Below are positions 15,807 to 25,527 of a stretch of 64,000 bases of DNA, one piece after another (position 1 is the stretch's first letter; each line of letters starts with the position of its first letter). The notes beneath the pieces were generated by a model. The model made no database searches and was not told where the DNA came from. It saw only the letters and a list, made by a program, of their open reading frames with translations. Source of the stretch: a virus. Position numbers and translations under genes: made by a program. Location of the stretch: IMG/VR virus record IMGVR_UViG_3300025759_000058; one strand, given 5' to 3'.

Positions 15807-18530
15807 ATGAAAACAATGGTTAATGTGATGCTGACAATGTTTATGATGGCAATGTCAGTTCCAATCTTTGCCCAAATTACGGGTAAAGTAGTTGATTCTA
15901 GTAACGGCGATCCACTCGTCGGCGCTAGCGTGTATAAGGAAGGTAACCAGACTGGTGTATCGACAAATGTCGATGGCGGGTTTGATTTATCTGCAGAAGC
16001 TACTGGTAACATAGTTATCAGTTTTATCGGTTATGAAACGGCTACATTGGCAGCTGCAACCGATATGGGTATAATTAGCCTTGACCCTACAGCATTAACA
16101 TTGGCAACTGCCTCTGTTATTGCTAATGTGGTTGATGTGGCTAAAGTAAGAGAAACGCCTGTTGCAGTATCTACTATTGCACCTGCTGAAATTGAATTGA
16201 AAGTCGGTAACCAAGAGTTTCCGGAGATCATGAATAGTACGCCTAGCGTATATGCGACTAAGCAAGGCGGCGGTTATGGTGATTCTCGTATATCATTGAG
16301 AGGTTTTGACCAACGGAATACTTCGTTCCTTATTAATGGTCAGCCTGTTAACGATATGGAAAATGGTTGGGTGTATTGGTCCAATTGGCAAGGGTTGACG
16401 GATGTAGCTTCCGGCATTCAAATTCAACGTGGCTTAGGTGCAACTAGATTAGCAGTGCCATCCGTAGGCGGAACTGTATCTATCTTCACTAAGGCCGCAG
16501 AAAGAGAACGTGGAGGATCTGTATCAGAAACGCTCGGTAATGATGGCTATGCTAAGACATCTGTAACTTGGTCATCCGGTAAGAATGACAATGGTTGGGC
16601 TTCTTCTTTCTTGTTGAGCAAGTGGGCTGGTAACGGCTACATTGACAATACGTCAGGTGAAGGCTGGACATACTTTGGTGCTATAGGATATGAGCCAGAG
16701 GGGTCAAAGCATGCACTTAACCTGTCAGTGTTAGGCGCCGGCCAATGGCACCACCAGAGAGACTTATGGGTATCAATTAGAGATTATCAAACGTTCGGTG
16801 AACAGAATGATGATGGTATTAATACTCGTTGGAACTCTGATGGTGGTACATTGAATGGCGAAGAGTACAATATGCGTCGTAACTTCTACAACAAGCCTTT
16901 GGCGACATTTAACTGGGACTGGGATATCAATGAAAACTTAACATTGAATACCTCAGTTTACGGTTCGGCGGGACGTGGAGGCGGAACAGGGCCACGTGGT
17001 AAGAACTATGACGTATTACCATACAATGTAGACCTGTATCAATTTATGTATGAAGATAGCGTAACGGCATTCCGTACGGACGATGGCCATGTTGATTATG
17101 ATGCTATTGTTGCTGATAACCAAGCTGGTGCATTACCGCATGATGGATCCGTTAATGAAGACTTTGCTGGTCAGTTGATCGGTGGACATAGTTATGGTGA
17201 TTCGACTATTTTCAAATCAGGTATGATTCGTAGAGCATCCATGAACTCCCATGACTGGGTCGGTGCTATCTCTAATTTGGAATATAATAAAGGCAATTGG
17301 AGAGCATCTGTTGGATTGGATTTGCGTAAGTATACAGGTTACCACTACCGTGTTGTCAATGACTTGTTAGGATTTGATGCTTACTATTCCGTAGGCAATA
17401 ATAATAGTAACGGCCAAATGATTAATACAACGGTAGAAGCTAGGCCATTTGCTAACACAGGATTAAATGGTCCTAAGATTGATTACTATAACGTAGGTAA
17501 TGTTGGATGGACAGGCGTAAATGGTTTGCTTGAGTATAACAACCAGAGCAATATTACAGCTGTTGTCCAGGCTGGTGTTTCTAACCAATCATACCAACGT
17601 GAAGATTACTTTGATCAACCTAACAATCCTATATCAGATGTTGCTAATTTGATAGGTGGTTATGTAAAGGGCGGATTGAACTACAACTTGGATGAAAGAT
17701 CCAATGTATTCTTCAATACCGGCATGATCTCAAGACAGCCTATGTTTGATGCAGTGTTCCCTAACTATGCTAATAACATCAATGAAGATCTCGAAAATGA
17801 GCAGATCCGTTCATTGGAATTGGGATATGGCTTCATTGGTAATGACTTGACATTGAATGCTAATGTATATTCAACGACATGGGGTAATAGATTCATCTCC
17901 CGTTCATTGACCAATGCACAAGGCGTCGATGGGTTTGCGCAGTTTAGAGATATCGATGTACAGCATAACGGTATTGAACTTGAATCAACATACAGACCAA
18001 ATAGCGATCTTAAATTGACCGGTATGTTGTCTATAGGCGATTGGAGATATACTAAGAACTTTACAGCGACCATCTTTGATGAGAATCAAACAGAGATTGG
18101 TACCGGAACGCTTTATACGAAAGGCGCAAAGGTAGGTGACGCTGCTCAGTTCACTGGCAACCTCGGTGTTGATTATCGAATCGGCAAGACGATTAATGTA
18201 GATGCTCGTTATAGATTCGTAGATGGTCTGTATGCAGACTATTCTATTAATGATTCAGACTTCTTGAATCCAGATAATAACGGTGCATTGCAATTACCTT
18301 CATACGGTTTATTAGACGCCGGCACCACTGTAAGATTCAATATGTTTGGCAATGATGCTACATTTAGAATTAATGTCAACAACGTATTGAATACTACGTA
18401 TATCGCAGAGTCTAATACTAATATCCATGCTACTGCAGATTCAGATACATGGAATGGAGTTGATACTCAGAACTTCGTATGGTTCGGCTTTGGTCGTACA
18501 TGGAACGCTTCTTTGAAGTATAACTTCTAA
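15807..18530 (+). CDS. TonB-dependent outer-membrane receptor, Bacteroidota type
   Basis: Signal peptide, carboxypeptidase-regulatory-like N-domain (GKVVD...PLVGASV), plug (ISLRGF...LINGQP), and C-terminal GRTWNASLKYNF. Confidence 0.9.
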   Translation: MKTMVNVMLTMFMMAMSVPIFAQITGKVVDSSNGDPLVGASVYKEGNQTGVSTNVDGGFDLSAEATGNIVISFIGYETATLAAATDMGIISLDPTALTLATASVIANVVDVAKVRETPVAVSTIAPAEIELKVGNQEFPEIMNSTPSVYATKQGGGYGDSRISLRGFDQRNTSFLINGQPVNDMENGWVYWSNWQGLTDVASGIQIQRGLGATRLAVPSVGGTVSIFTKAAERERGGSVSETLGNDGYAKTSVTWSSGKNDNGWASSFLLSKWAGNGYIDNTSGEGWTYFGAIGYEPEGSKHALNLSVLGAGQWHHQRDLWVSIRDYQTFGEQNDDGINTRWNSDGGTLNGEEYNMRRNFYNKPLATFNWDWDINENLTLNTSVYGSAGRGGGTGPRGKNYDVLPYNVDLYQFMYEDSVTAFRTDDGHVDYDAIVADNQAGALPHDGSVNEDFAGQLIGGHSYGDSTIFKSGMIRRASMNSHDWVGAISNLEYNKGNWRASVGLDLRKYTGYHYRVVNDLLGFDAYYSVGNNNSNGQMINTTVEARPFANTGLNGPKIDYYNVGNVGWTGVNGLLEYNNQSNITAVVQAGVSNQSYQREDYFDQPNNPISDVANLIGGYVKGGLNYNLDERSNVFFNTGMISRQPMFDAVFPNYANNINEDLENEQIRSLELGYGFIGNDLTLNANVYSTTWGNRFISRSLTNAQGVDGFAQFRDIDVQHNGIELESTYRPNSDLKLTGMLSIGDWRYTKNFTATIFDENQTEIGTGTLYTKGAKVGDAAQFTGNLGVDYRIGKTINVDARYRFVDGLYADYSINDSDFLNPDNNGALQLPSYGLLDAGTTVRFNMFGNDATFRINVNNVLNTTYIAESNTNIHATADSDTWNGVDTQNFVWFGFGRTWNASLKYNF

Positions 18531-18550
18531 TGAATGAAATGCTATGCGTT

Positions 18551-18579
18551 GAGAGTGTGCCTACGGGCACCTCTCTTCG
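18551..18579 (+). terminator. Stem-loop after the TBDR gene
   Basis: GAGAG-TGTGCC-TACG-GGCAC-CTCTC-TTC. Confidence 0.55.
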
Positions 18580-18603
18580 CTTAGTTTAAAGAAATTAGTA
18601 TGT

Positions 18604-18996
18604 ATGAGTAAGTATCCGGATAATGTAGCATGGGACGATGAAGAAGAGAGATGGATTGCTCACATACTGCCATATGCATCTAATGTAGGTGCACCTGTTA
18701 TTAAACCAGATAATATAGATAGTTGGAGAGAACGAGGTGTTAGCAAAGTTAACCACCATTTAGAATCTAAGTTCTTAGAACTTAAAGACCAATATCTTTC
18801 TTTAGTAGAAGAATTCCGGTGGAATGATATTATCTATAATGCAAAATTTAGTTTCGAGCCTGTAGTAGGTGAAGTGTATTATTTATATAAGTCCAATGAT
18901 GAACACTTCTTATCATTAATATCTCCTAATGAATGGAATAAAGAATGTATAGGCTCGTTCCGATTAAATGCAGATCAAAGATGGACGAAACAATGA
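18604..18996 (+). CDS. DUF2452-like protein
   Basis: LPYASNVGAP...YNAKFSFEPVVGEVYYLY...LSLISPNEW. Confidence 0.7.
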   Translation: MSKYPDNVAWDDEEERWIAHILPYASNVGAPVIKPDNIDSWRERGVSKVNHHLESKFLELKDQYLSLVEEFRWNDIIYNAKFSFEPVVGEVYYLYKSNDEHFLSLISPNEWNKECIGSFRLNADQRWTKQ

Positions 18997-19190
18997 AGAT
19001 CTCAGATGAGACGAAGAGAGAATATATTGATAGACTCAATATAGTTGGCGGATTCATAGATGAGTTATTACTACATCACCCAGTGTCCTCATACAATTTA
19101 GACTTTAAAGAAAAAGTAGAAGAGGCCGCGGAGATATTATGGGAAGTGTATACAACAGCCCAAGATAAGTATAAAAACAAAACTCTTTAA
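18993..19190 (+). CDS. Hypothetical protein
   Basis: In-frame ATG 18993 with an ATGA overlap. Confidence 0.6.
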   Translation: MKISDETKREYIDRLNIVGGFIDELLLHHPVSSYNLDFKEKVEEAAEILWEVYTTAQDKYKNKTL

Positions 19191-19210
19191 AGAAATTCTA
19201 GTAAGAATCT

Positions 19211-19242
19211 CTAGGATTTGAAAAGTATTTACCTTATCTTTA
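19211..19242 (+). promoter_or_regulatory. Early promoter (-33/-7)
   Basis: CTAGGATTT...TATCTTTA. Confidence 0.7.
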
Positions 19243-19252
19243 TGTGTAAGTT

Positions 19253-19588
19253 ATGACTAAATATAAAAATCGATATGGAGATATTTTCACATTCGAAGTA
19301 AATGAACGTGGAAATATTGATTGGAAAGGTAACTTTGAGTATTGCCGTTTCAGTTATGTTGATAACCTAGAAGATTTAATTATGATAGACCCAAGTGGTG
19401 GACCTTATATCGAAATTGGAGCTGATATGAGTCTGTTTGGTTTAGAAGGAAAAGTTGCAGGCTTCATCCCACAAGAATATGGTTATGAACTTGTAATTGA
19501 ACCTTGTGAGGTGTGTGATGGTAAAACATACCACAAATTGACTTGCCAAAATAACCCAAACAAACAACCTAAAGTTCAAATACAATGA
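19253..19588 (+). CDS. Hypothetical protein with a C-terminal CxxC-H-C motif
   Basis: YKNRYGD...DPSGGPYI; CEVC...HKLTC. Confidence 0.7.
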   Translation: MTKYKNRYGDIFTFEVNERGNIDWKGNFEYCRFSYVDNLEDLIMIDPSGGPYIEIGADMSLFGLEGKVAGFIPQEYGYELVIEPCEVCDGKTYHKLTCQNNPNKQPKVQIQ

Positions 19589-19728
19589 CTGAAAAAGAAA
19601 TACTTAACAAGATCTTTGAGTTTGAAACCTATTGCACAGCAAGATTTGATTCTGAACATCGGGTTGCTATAGCAGTCTATGATTACGTTAAACAAATGAA
19701 ACGTGAGTTTAACTCCAAAGAGGAATGA
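19585..19728 (+). CDS. Small hypothetical protein (47 aa), not in the ORF track
   Basis: MTEKEILNKIFEF...; overlaps both neighbours by ATGA. Confidence 0.55.
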   Translation: MTEKEILNKIFEFETYCTARFDSEHRVAIAVYDYVKQMKREFNSKEE

Positions 19729-19949
19729 ACGAAGTAGAAATCTTTATTAATCGACTCAAAAAAATAGGTATTGAACTTGAACTAATGGGTAATGTACCTT
19801 GGATTTATTTATCTAAAGTAAACGGTAATAGAATACAGCCTGAGGATTATAATGCTAATCATGGTTTTACTATAGCATGGAATAGGGATAAGATTGAATT
19901 GGATTCTGATACCAGGCGAACATTTCAAGTAATTAGAAAGTACAAATGA
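19725..19949 (+). CDS. Hypothetical protein
   Basis: 74 aa ORF. Confidence 0.65.
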   Translation: MNEVEIFINRLKKIGIELELMGNVPWIYLSKVNGNRIQPEDYNANHGFTIAWNRDKIELDSDTRRTFQVIRKYK

Positions 19950-20173
19950 AAGTAACAATTGAATTTAACCTTCCTGAACAACAAGAGAAGTATGAGGATT
20001 TCATGAACGGAGAAAAATGGAAATATGTCGTCAGAGAGTTTGACGAGTATATGAGAGGGATGCTTAAATGGAACACAGAGAACTTAGACGAATCTCAACT
20101 ACTTACAGTGAGGCAAATCAGAAGTATGCTGCTCAATTATATAGAACAAGAAACCTTAAGATTACATGAATAA
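19946..20173 (+). CDS. Hypothetical protein
   Basis: 75 aa, MKVTIEFNLPE. Confidence 0.65.
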   Translation: MKVTIEFNLPEQQEKYEDFMNGEKWKYVVREFDEYMRGMLKWNTENLDESQLLTVRQIRSMLLNYIEQETLRLHE

Positions 20174-20228
20174 AACTAAAGGATAAATCTAAAAATTTCT
20201 TAAAAATGAAAAAAAAGTTATCATAGCA

Positions 20229-20261
20229 CTAGGATTCATAAGGTGAATATCCTTATCTTTA
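20229..20261 (+). promoter_or_regulatory. Early promoter (-33/-7)
   Basis: CTAGGATTC...TATCTTTA (25-nt register). Confidence 0.7.
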
Positions 20262-20338
20262 GATAATTGGAAAGAAATGGTTGCGGAGCAAGTAATGGGT
20301 GTAGCATAATAAAAAGAATAAATAAAGATATAAGTATC

Positions 20339-20557
20339 ATGAGTATATTGTATAAAGGTTTAGGAGTGTTCTTCGGTAGTTTGGGTCTAGTTATATTGAT
20401 TGCATTGATTGCAGCGTTACCGACGTACCTGCTATGGAACGCATGCCTAGTACCAGCAATCGAAGGCATTAATGAGATCGGATTTGGTCAGGCAGTAGGG
20501 ATTAATATCTTATCTAGTATTTTGTTTAAATCGAGTCATAACGACAACAACAAGTAA
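20339..20557 (+). CDS. Small membrane protein
   Basis: Hydrophobic helices; LLWN...EIGFGQAVG...LF. Confidence 0.65.
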   Translation: MSILYKGLGVFFGSLGLVILIALIAALPTYLLWNACLVPAIEGINEIGFGQAVGINILSSILFKSSHNDNNK

Positions 20558-20558
20558 A

Positions 20559-20915
20559 ATGGATAAAAATTTTACAGCGGTAAGGAACGGTGGAATCCAA
20601 ATGAACATTAACGGTTTCCGGATCAGTATTCAATTTGGGCCAGGTAATTACGTTTCGGATCCATCCATACGGTTCAACGGCAAATGGGACGCTTCATTGC
20701 ATGCAGAAAATGGTATATGGCAAAGTGATGATGCCGAAGTGATGATCTGGGGTAGAGACGACCAACCTCTTTTTAAATTGGATGACGGTATTATCGATGA
20801 TCAAGTAATGGGATGGTGTACATCTGATTGTGTAGCTAGAATGATCGGATGTCTAGCTAGTTGTGGAGATGAAGATCCACGGAGAGCGATTGCGCAAATT
20901 TGGAAGGCACAATAA
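20559..20915 (+). CDS. Hypothetical protein
   Basis: 118 aa, ISIQFGPGNY. Confidence 0.7.
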   Translation: MDKNFTAVRNGGIQMNINGFRISIQFGPGNYVSDPSIRFNGKWDASLHAENGIWQSDDAEVMIWGRDDQPLFKLDDGIIDDQVMGWCTSDCVARMIGCLASCGDEDPRRAIAQIWKAQ

Positions 20916-20917
20916 TC

Positions 20918-21193
20918 ATGAGTGGATTTATATTAGGCATAGTAGTAAGTATATTTCTAACATTGGTTAATGTTGCATTCATATGGTATTCAAAGCGTAT
21001 TAGTGGACCTTCGGCCTTTGCATTAATGCAAGCAGGAATGCTAGTTAAATTTATGCTAGGTGTTATCATGACATTCTGTATTATCAAGTTAACGGATGAT
21101 ATTAACCTTTGGGCATATGCATTAGTGTTAGGTATATTTGTATGTATATCATTCCCAGTTTCAGCTTACATAATGACACGTAATGGACAATAA
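20918..21193 (+). CDS. Three-TM membrane protein
   Basis: Three hydrophobic helices. Confidence 0.6.
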   Translation: MSGFILGIVVSIFLTLVNVAFIWYSKRISGPSAFALMQAGMLVKFMLGVIMTFCIIKLTDDINLWAYALVLGIFVCISFPVSAYIMTRNGQ

Positions 21194-21620
21194 AAAGAAA
21201 CAGAAATATTATACAGGGCCATGGCAGGTGCATCCGAGTAAGGTGTATATGTATAGTGAGGTCAGCGCCAGTGAGGATAAGACATGTGAGGAGAGCTCGT
21301 CCTCCCTAGGGTCGACTCGCGAGGCCTCCGGCCCAGTATGGACAGAAGGGCAGTTCATGGAAGTATTAAACATGTGCGAGCATACAGATCGATATCGAAA
21401 GCATGACAAGTGGATGGTGCATGTATTTCGTACGGGTAGGCGATATGCAGTTGCATTGAATCGTATTGAATACAATCGTGTAGAAATGCTTTGGAAGCGC
21501 CAAGGAGACGATCGGGAACATGTGACTTGCATTCAACCCAATTGCATGATAGATTCACCAGAAGCCCAATCCATCCTACGGCAAATGTATGATGACATAA
21601 AGAAGAAGCAATGGAAATAA
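21183..21620 (+). CDS. Hypothetical protein
   Basis: 145 aa ORF. Confidence 0.55.
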   Translation: MDNKKKQKYYTGPWQVHPSKVYMYSEVSASEDKTCEESSSSLGSTREASGPVWTEGQFMEVLNMCEHTDRYRKHDKWMVHVFRTGRRYAVALNRIEYNRVEMLWKRQGDDREHVTCIQPNCMIDSPEAQSILRQMYDDIKKKQWK

Positions 21621-22196
21621 TGGATCAAGGAAAGCGAAGAAACCAAATAGCAGATTCAGAAAGAATGCTATATGCAGCGTATGCAATAGTAGCAATAATA
21701 ACAATAGCAGTATTGATAGTATCAATATGGTATTGAATGCAATCCAGAACGCTACGCTAACCTGGAATCCATGGGGAAATGATTCAATCTAACCGTACAT
21801 AGAGTTCGTTTAAAGAACTAGCAAAGTACCATATGATTCGTACCATATATCCTAGTAGCCTTGTTATTTGAACCATTAAATCAATTGATAAGAGATAAGT
21901 AGTAAAGGGTTATGCATATGTGTCTAGTGTATCATGATATCAGTATAGAGTCTAGGAAGATTGGGGTAGTACCGTTACGTCTTTCTTTCGGAAAAAAAAA
22001 TTTTTTTGCAATAAAGAAATTAGGATATACGAAATGTTCATTCTGACAGGAAAAAAGCTATATAATAATTAGGATTTACGGAATGTTTATTTATTAAGAC
22101 TTTTTAATATAATCTTATAATCAAGGCGTACGGGTGGTTGCGATTATGCTGCGTATATTAATAGCGTAACTTTTCTGAAACTTTTCTGGTGATATA

Positions 22197-22228
22197 TTTG
22201 GATTCGGAGAGATTTGTCCTTATCTTTA
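22197..22228 (+). promoter_or_regulatory. Early promoter (-33/-7)
   Basis: TTTGGATTC...TATCTTTA. Confidence 0.75.
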
Positions 22229-22231
22229 AGT

Positions 22232-22525
22232 ATGAATAAAAAGGTAAAGGATATGAATTATTCGGAATTAGCTCAGATGAGCCTCGAGGATTTGCGCAAG
22301 TTGAACCGCATGGTAGTTGATACCATTAAGCGTAAGCGTTCGGAAGTAGCGCATGTGACCAAGGAGCAATTGTATGTAGGTGCTAATGTATCCGTTAACC
22401 ATCCTAAGTTGCTCGGTAAGCAGTTGAGGGTTGAGAAGATCAATCGTGTTAAGTGCGTCCTTAAGGTCCTGAATGGAAAGGGTACTTATACGGTACCGAT
22501 GAGTATGATTACCATTAACCGATAA
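22232..22525 (+). CDS. Early protein with an N-terminal helix and an SH3/KOW-like beta domain
   Basis: LYVGANVSV...VEKINRVK...YTVPMSMI. Confidence 0.65.
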   Translation: MNKKVKDMNYSELAQMSLEDLRKLNRMVVDTIKRKRSEVAHVTKEQLYVGANVSVNHPKLLGKQLRVEKINRVKCVLKVLNGKGTYTVPMSMITINR

Positions 22526-22539
22526 TAAATATAAAGATC

Positions 22540-22749
22540 ATGTATACCTTAACTATTAGTACTTTGTTTTGGAGCATTGGATGTGCGTTCATGTTGCTAG
22601 CATATATGTTTGCTATCGATGTCCGTAGGCATTATAAGAGCTTTAAACATGTACGAGATAATTCAGATGAGTTCATGCTCGAATATTCGGATTGCCCGGA
22701 TCTTGCTTCGACCGTAGCATTATTCCTAATTAGAAAAAAAAGCTCCTAA
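22540..22749 (+). CDS. Small membrane protein
   Basis: N-terminal TM helix. Confidence 0.5.
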   Translation: MYTLTISTLFWSIGCAFMLLAYMFAIDVRRHYKSFKHVRDNSDEFMLEYSDCPDLASTVALFLIRKKSS

Positions 22750-22753
22750 AGCA

Positions 22754-22785
22754 TTAGGATCCCGTTAGAATAAACCTTATCTTTA
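22754..22785 (+). promoter_or_regulatory. Early promoter (-33/-7)
   Basis: TTAGGATCC...TATCTTTA. Confidence 0.75.
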
Positions 22786-22788
22786 GAT

Positions 22789-22962
22789 ATGGATAAAAAG
22801 GTAACAATGTATGAAGCGATCGCCAATGCTATATACAACGGCGAGTTCGATCGCGTAATTGAATTGCTGGAACGGTACGATAGCTGTTACGGAAAGATGA
22901 ATATAGAAGAAGCAGCGCAAGTAGCAAGAATACATAATGCAATAGTAGAAGCAGCATCATAA
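22789..22962 (+). CDS. Small early protein (57 aa), not in the ORF track
   Basis: MDKKVTMYEAIANAIYNGEFDRV... directly after the promoter. Confidence 0.6.
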   Translation: MDKKVTMYEAIANAIYNGEFDRVIELLERYDSCYGKMNIEEAAQVARIHNAIVEAAS

Positions 22963-23238
22963 TATATAAGAGCGCTATATATATAGAGATACCATACCGA
23001 ACCAGGGTGGATCAGGGGCATACCTAGCAATACCTGGGGCAAGCACCCCTATATACCCCAAAAGCAGCCCAAAACCGCCCTATATAGGGGAGTATACCGG
23101 TTAACCTTAACATACCAGGTGCTACCGGTGCTCTGGGTGGCCTTAATCTAATTTCTCTTGTGAACAACGCTTTTTGCCTATAGCCCCTGGTCTGTATAGT
23201 TAGAGGCTATGCCTCCATGCCCCTAGGCATGCTCGAGC
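22963..23238. other. GC-rich palindromic non-coding element (candidate terminus/pac or origin)
   Basis: Inverted repeat CCCCTATATA (23046-55) / TATATAGGGG (23081-90), repeated ATACC/CCAGG motifs, no ORF. Confidence 0.4.
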
Positions 23239-23272
23239 ATATTTATATTTAGTTAACAAAAGGACATTACAT

Positions 23273-23563
23273 ATGCGTATACTTGCAATAGTTTTCATGA
23301 TCATCGGTACGGGTTGTGCTTCAACCCATAATATGCAATGCGATGAATTGTACGGGGATTACAATTGCCCCAACCATAGGAGTGTTTCATACTGGTATTC
23401 CCCATCCCCTTATAGTTCATATTACCCCAATACCCAGACCGTTCATTATGTACCCGTGTATATACCTAACAAGCCCATATGCCCCGAGCCTACACCAGAA
23501 CCAGTCAGGGTGGGGCCTAGGCCACAAGGTACTATTACACATCATCGATCAAAGCGTGATTAG
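23273..23563 (+). CDS. Pro/Tyr-rich lipoprotein
   Basis: MRILAIVFMIIGTGC lipobox; ATATTTAT at 23239. Confidence 0.55.
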   Translation: MRILAIVFMIIGTGCASTHNMQCDELYGDYNCPNHRSVSYWYSPSPYSSYYPNTQTVHYVPVYIPNKPICPEPTPEPVRVGPRPQGTITHHRSKRD

Positions 23564-23635
23564 TATAATTGCAATTACAAGCATTTATACCAATACAATG
23601 CATATTTATATTTAGTTAATTCAAAAAGGAAACTC

Positions 23636-23869
23636 ATGAACAAATCACAATTGCGCGCTATTATAAGAGAAGAGATTGCCATGATTAAAAATCTCAATGA
23701 GCGCGAAGTATATCGATCTGCCGAATTTGAAGAAATTGATGGCGCTATAGAAACACTCATGGATAACATGAATATTGCATATACCGATAAAAATATAGTG
23801 CGTAAATTTGAAAATATGCTCAAGCAGATATCCGATTATAATACGCAAGTAGGCACCCAAATCCAATAA
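23636..23869 (+). CDS. Small protein with an LRAIIREE tag variant
   Basis: MNKSQLRAIIREE; ATATTTAT at 23602. Confidence 0.7.
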   Translation: MNKSQLRAIIREEIAMIKNLNEREVYRSAEFEEIDGAIETLMDNMNIAYTDKNIVRKFENMLKQISDYNTQVGTQIQ

Positions 23870-24035
23870 CATGAAGCATTCCGAATTACGAGCAATGGAC
23901 GCACTCAATGGCAAACGGATTGCCGGCCGTGCATTTAAGTATTCGGATACCACACAATTGTATCGGATTACTAAGCCGAAGCCACACGATGGGGGCATGG
24001 CTAGCTGATAAAGGCTTTAAAGTACAACTCGAATC

Positions 24036-24686
24036 ATGATAAAACTTAAAGATTTCATACCGGAAGATTTTAAAGATGCGGCGTTCCATGGTAATGGAAT
24101 GACACCGCAGGAAATGAGAACGAATACATGCTCCGTAACATGGGAAAATCCAGAACAAGATACTGGATGCCCTCAGTTTTCATTTAAAGGCGGTAAGATA
24201 TCTAAAGAGAATCAACAACTGGCAATGCAGTATCTTAATTCAGAACATATTAAAGTATTAATAGCATTTTCTTCCGGAGGCCCTTTATTAATGCAATCTT
24301 TAACCGCTGGAGCAAAAAGGCCAGATCAAATTAATTTTGTTGCACCTGCATGGAAAAAACATTGGGTATCGGCGCCTATTAATCCTAAGGATTGTGCAGG
24401 TAAAGGTTTTATCGTGCAAGGTGTAGATGATGTTGCCGTACCAATTGCACATTCCATAGAGTTGTCAATACAGAGCGGATTACCTTTATATCTATTTCCA
24501 GACCGCGGTCATATCAATATTTTAAAACATAAGTTATCAACTGCAGGAGGAACGCCAATATCAAGAAATGAGTTAAAAACTGCGTTAAAATATTTACCAG
24601 ACTGGGGATCGGAGAGGGATGGTAATTCTAATGAAATCAAACAGCAACAAGAATGGTTTAATACTTTTATTGGCAAAGCTTCGTAA
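24036..24686 (+). CDS. Alpha/beta hydrolase with N-terminal tag
   Basis: LIAFSSGG nucleophile elbow, QGVDDVAVP (Asp), RGH (His); N-terminus MIKLKDFIPE. Confidence 0.7.
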   Translation: MIKLKDFIPEDFKDAAFHGNGMTPQEMRTNTCSVTWENPEQDTGCPQFSFKGGKISKENQQLAMQYLNSEHIKVLIAFSSGGPLLMQSLTAGAKRPDQINFVAPAWKKHWVSAPINPKDCAGKGFIVQGVDDVAVPIAHSIELSIQSGLPLYLFPDRGHINILKHKLSTAGGTPISRNELKTALKYLPDWGSERDGNSNEIKQQQEWFNTFIGKAS

Positions 24687-24702
24687 TTCTTAGCAGTAGC
24701 AG

Positions 24703-25473
24703 ATGATTAAATTACGTGACATATTACAAGAATTAGATTACGGTAAAAAACTATTTGCTCATGACCCGGACGATCAAATCGCCGATTATCCGTTTGATTG
24801 GGATAAATTTATTGAAAAGTTATATTCACCGGACTTCGAAGCTAATACATGGGCCGAAGATGCTATGCTTAAAGCATTGCAAGCTTATACTTCCGGTAAA
24901 CAAGGCCGTACCGATACATTAGCCAACATGTTGCGTAAATTGTTACCTCTCAAATCCAAATTCCCACGTATATTAGATCCGATGGGTAACACTACAAAAC
25001 CGCCATCCTGGAAGATGGATTTAGATTGGGCTGCTGATTATCCTGATCATGCATGGCGAGGCACTCGTGTGACCCCTGCGTGGGCACATGGTCAATTGGC
25101 CAATCCATCGGTATACCGCACCATTGCAATATCTCAAGCATGGTCCACACTCGATGGACCTGCGGACAACCTAAAAGCATACATCATCGATGATGGATCT
25201 GTAACCTATCGATCTAAGGGTGAGGCTATGATATCATTTTCCGAATCCCCACGTACTGCACTTAATTTTGCTAAAAAAGCGAGTGGTAATACTTTGCCTG
25301 TTATATTAGGCGTATCTAAACGGCATCCGGAATTGATCATGAATATAGATTCCATGGAGGCCTTATCAGAATATAATGAAGCCGAAATGTTTCTTTTGAA
25401 CAGTACCTTTAACCCCGATGTTATTGTATTTTTAGATCCATGGAGTCCAGACTATATAGCATCCTTAGTATGA
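24703..25473 (+). CDS. R-S-E ADP-ribosyltransferase paralog 1 with N-terminal tag
   Basis: AWRG...ISFSES...EAEMFL; N-terminus MIKLRDILQE. Confidence 0.7.
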   Translation: MIKLRDILQELDYGKKLFAHDPDDQIADYPFDWDKFIEKLYSPDFEANTWAEDAMLKALQAYTSGKQGRTDTLANMLRKLLPLKSKFPRILDPMGNTTKPPSWKMDLDWAADYPDHAWRGTRVTPAWAHGQLANPSVYRTIAISQAWSTLDGPADNLKAYIIDDGSVTYRSKGEAMISFSESPRTALNFAKKASGNTLPVILGVSKRHPELIMNIDSMEALSEYNEAEMFLLNSTFNPDVIVFLDPWSPDYIASLV

Positions 25474-25527
25474 CTTACTTTACATAAGTACTTGATATTT
25501 ATTAATAGATACAAGGAATAATTGTTT

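Noticed and set aside
15383-18996. Host-chromosome contamination or prophage boundary
   Set aside because: The cellular-looking genes are co-oriented with, and tightly packed among, phage genes and promoters, and no integrase or att site was seen. Read support remains unchecked.
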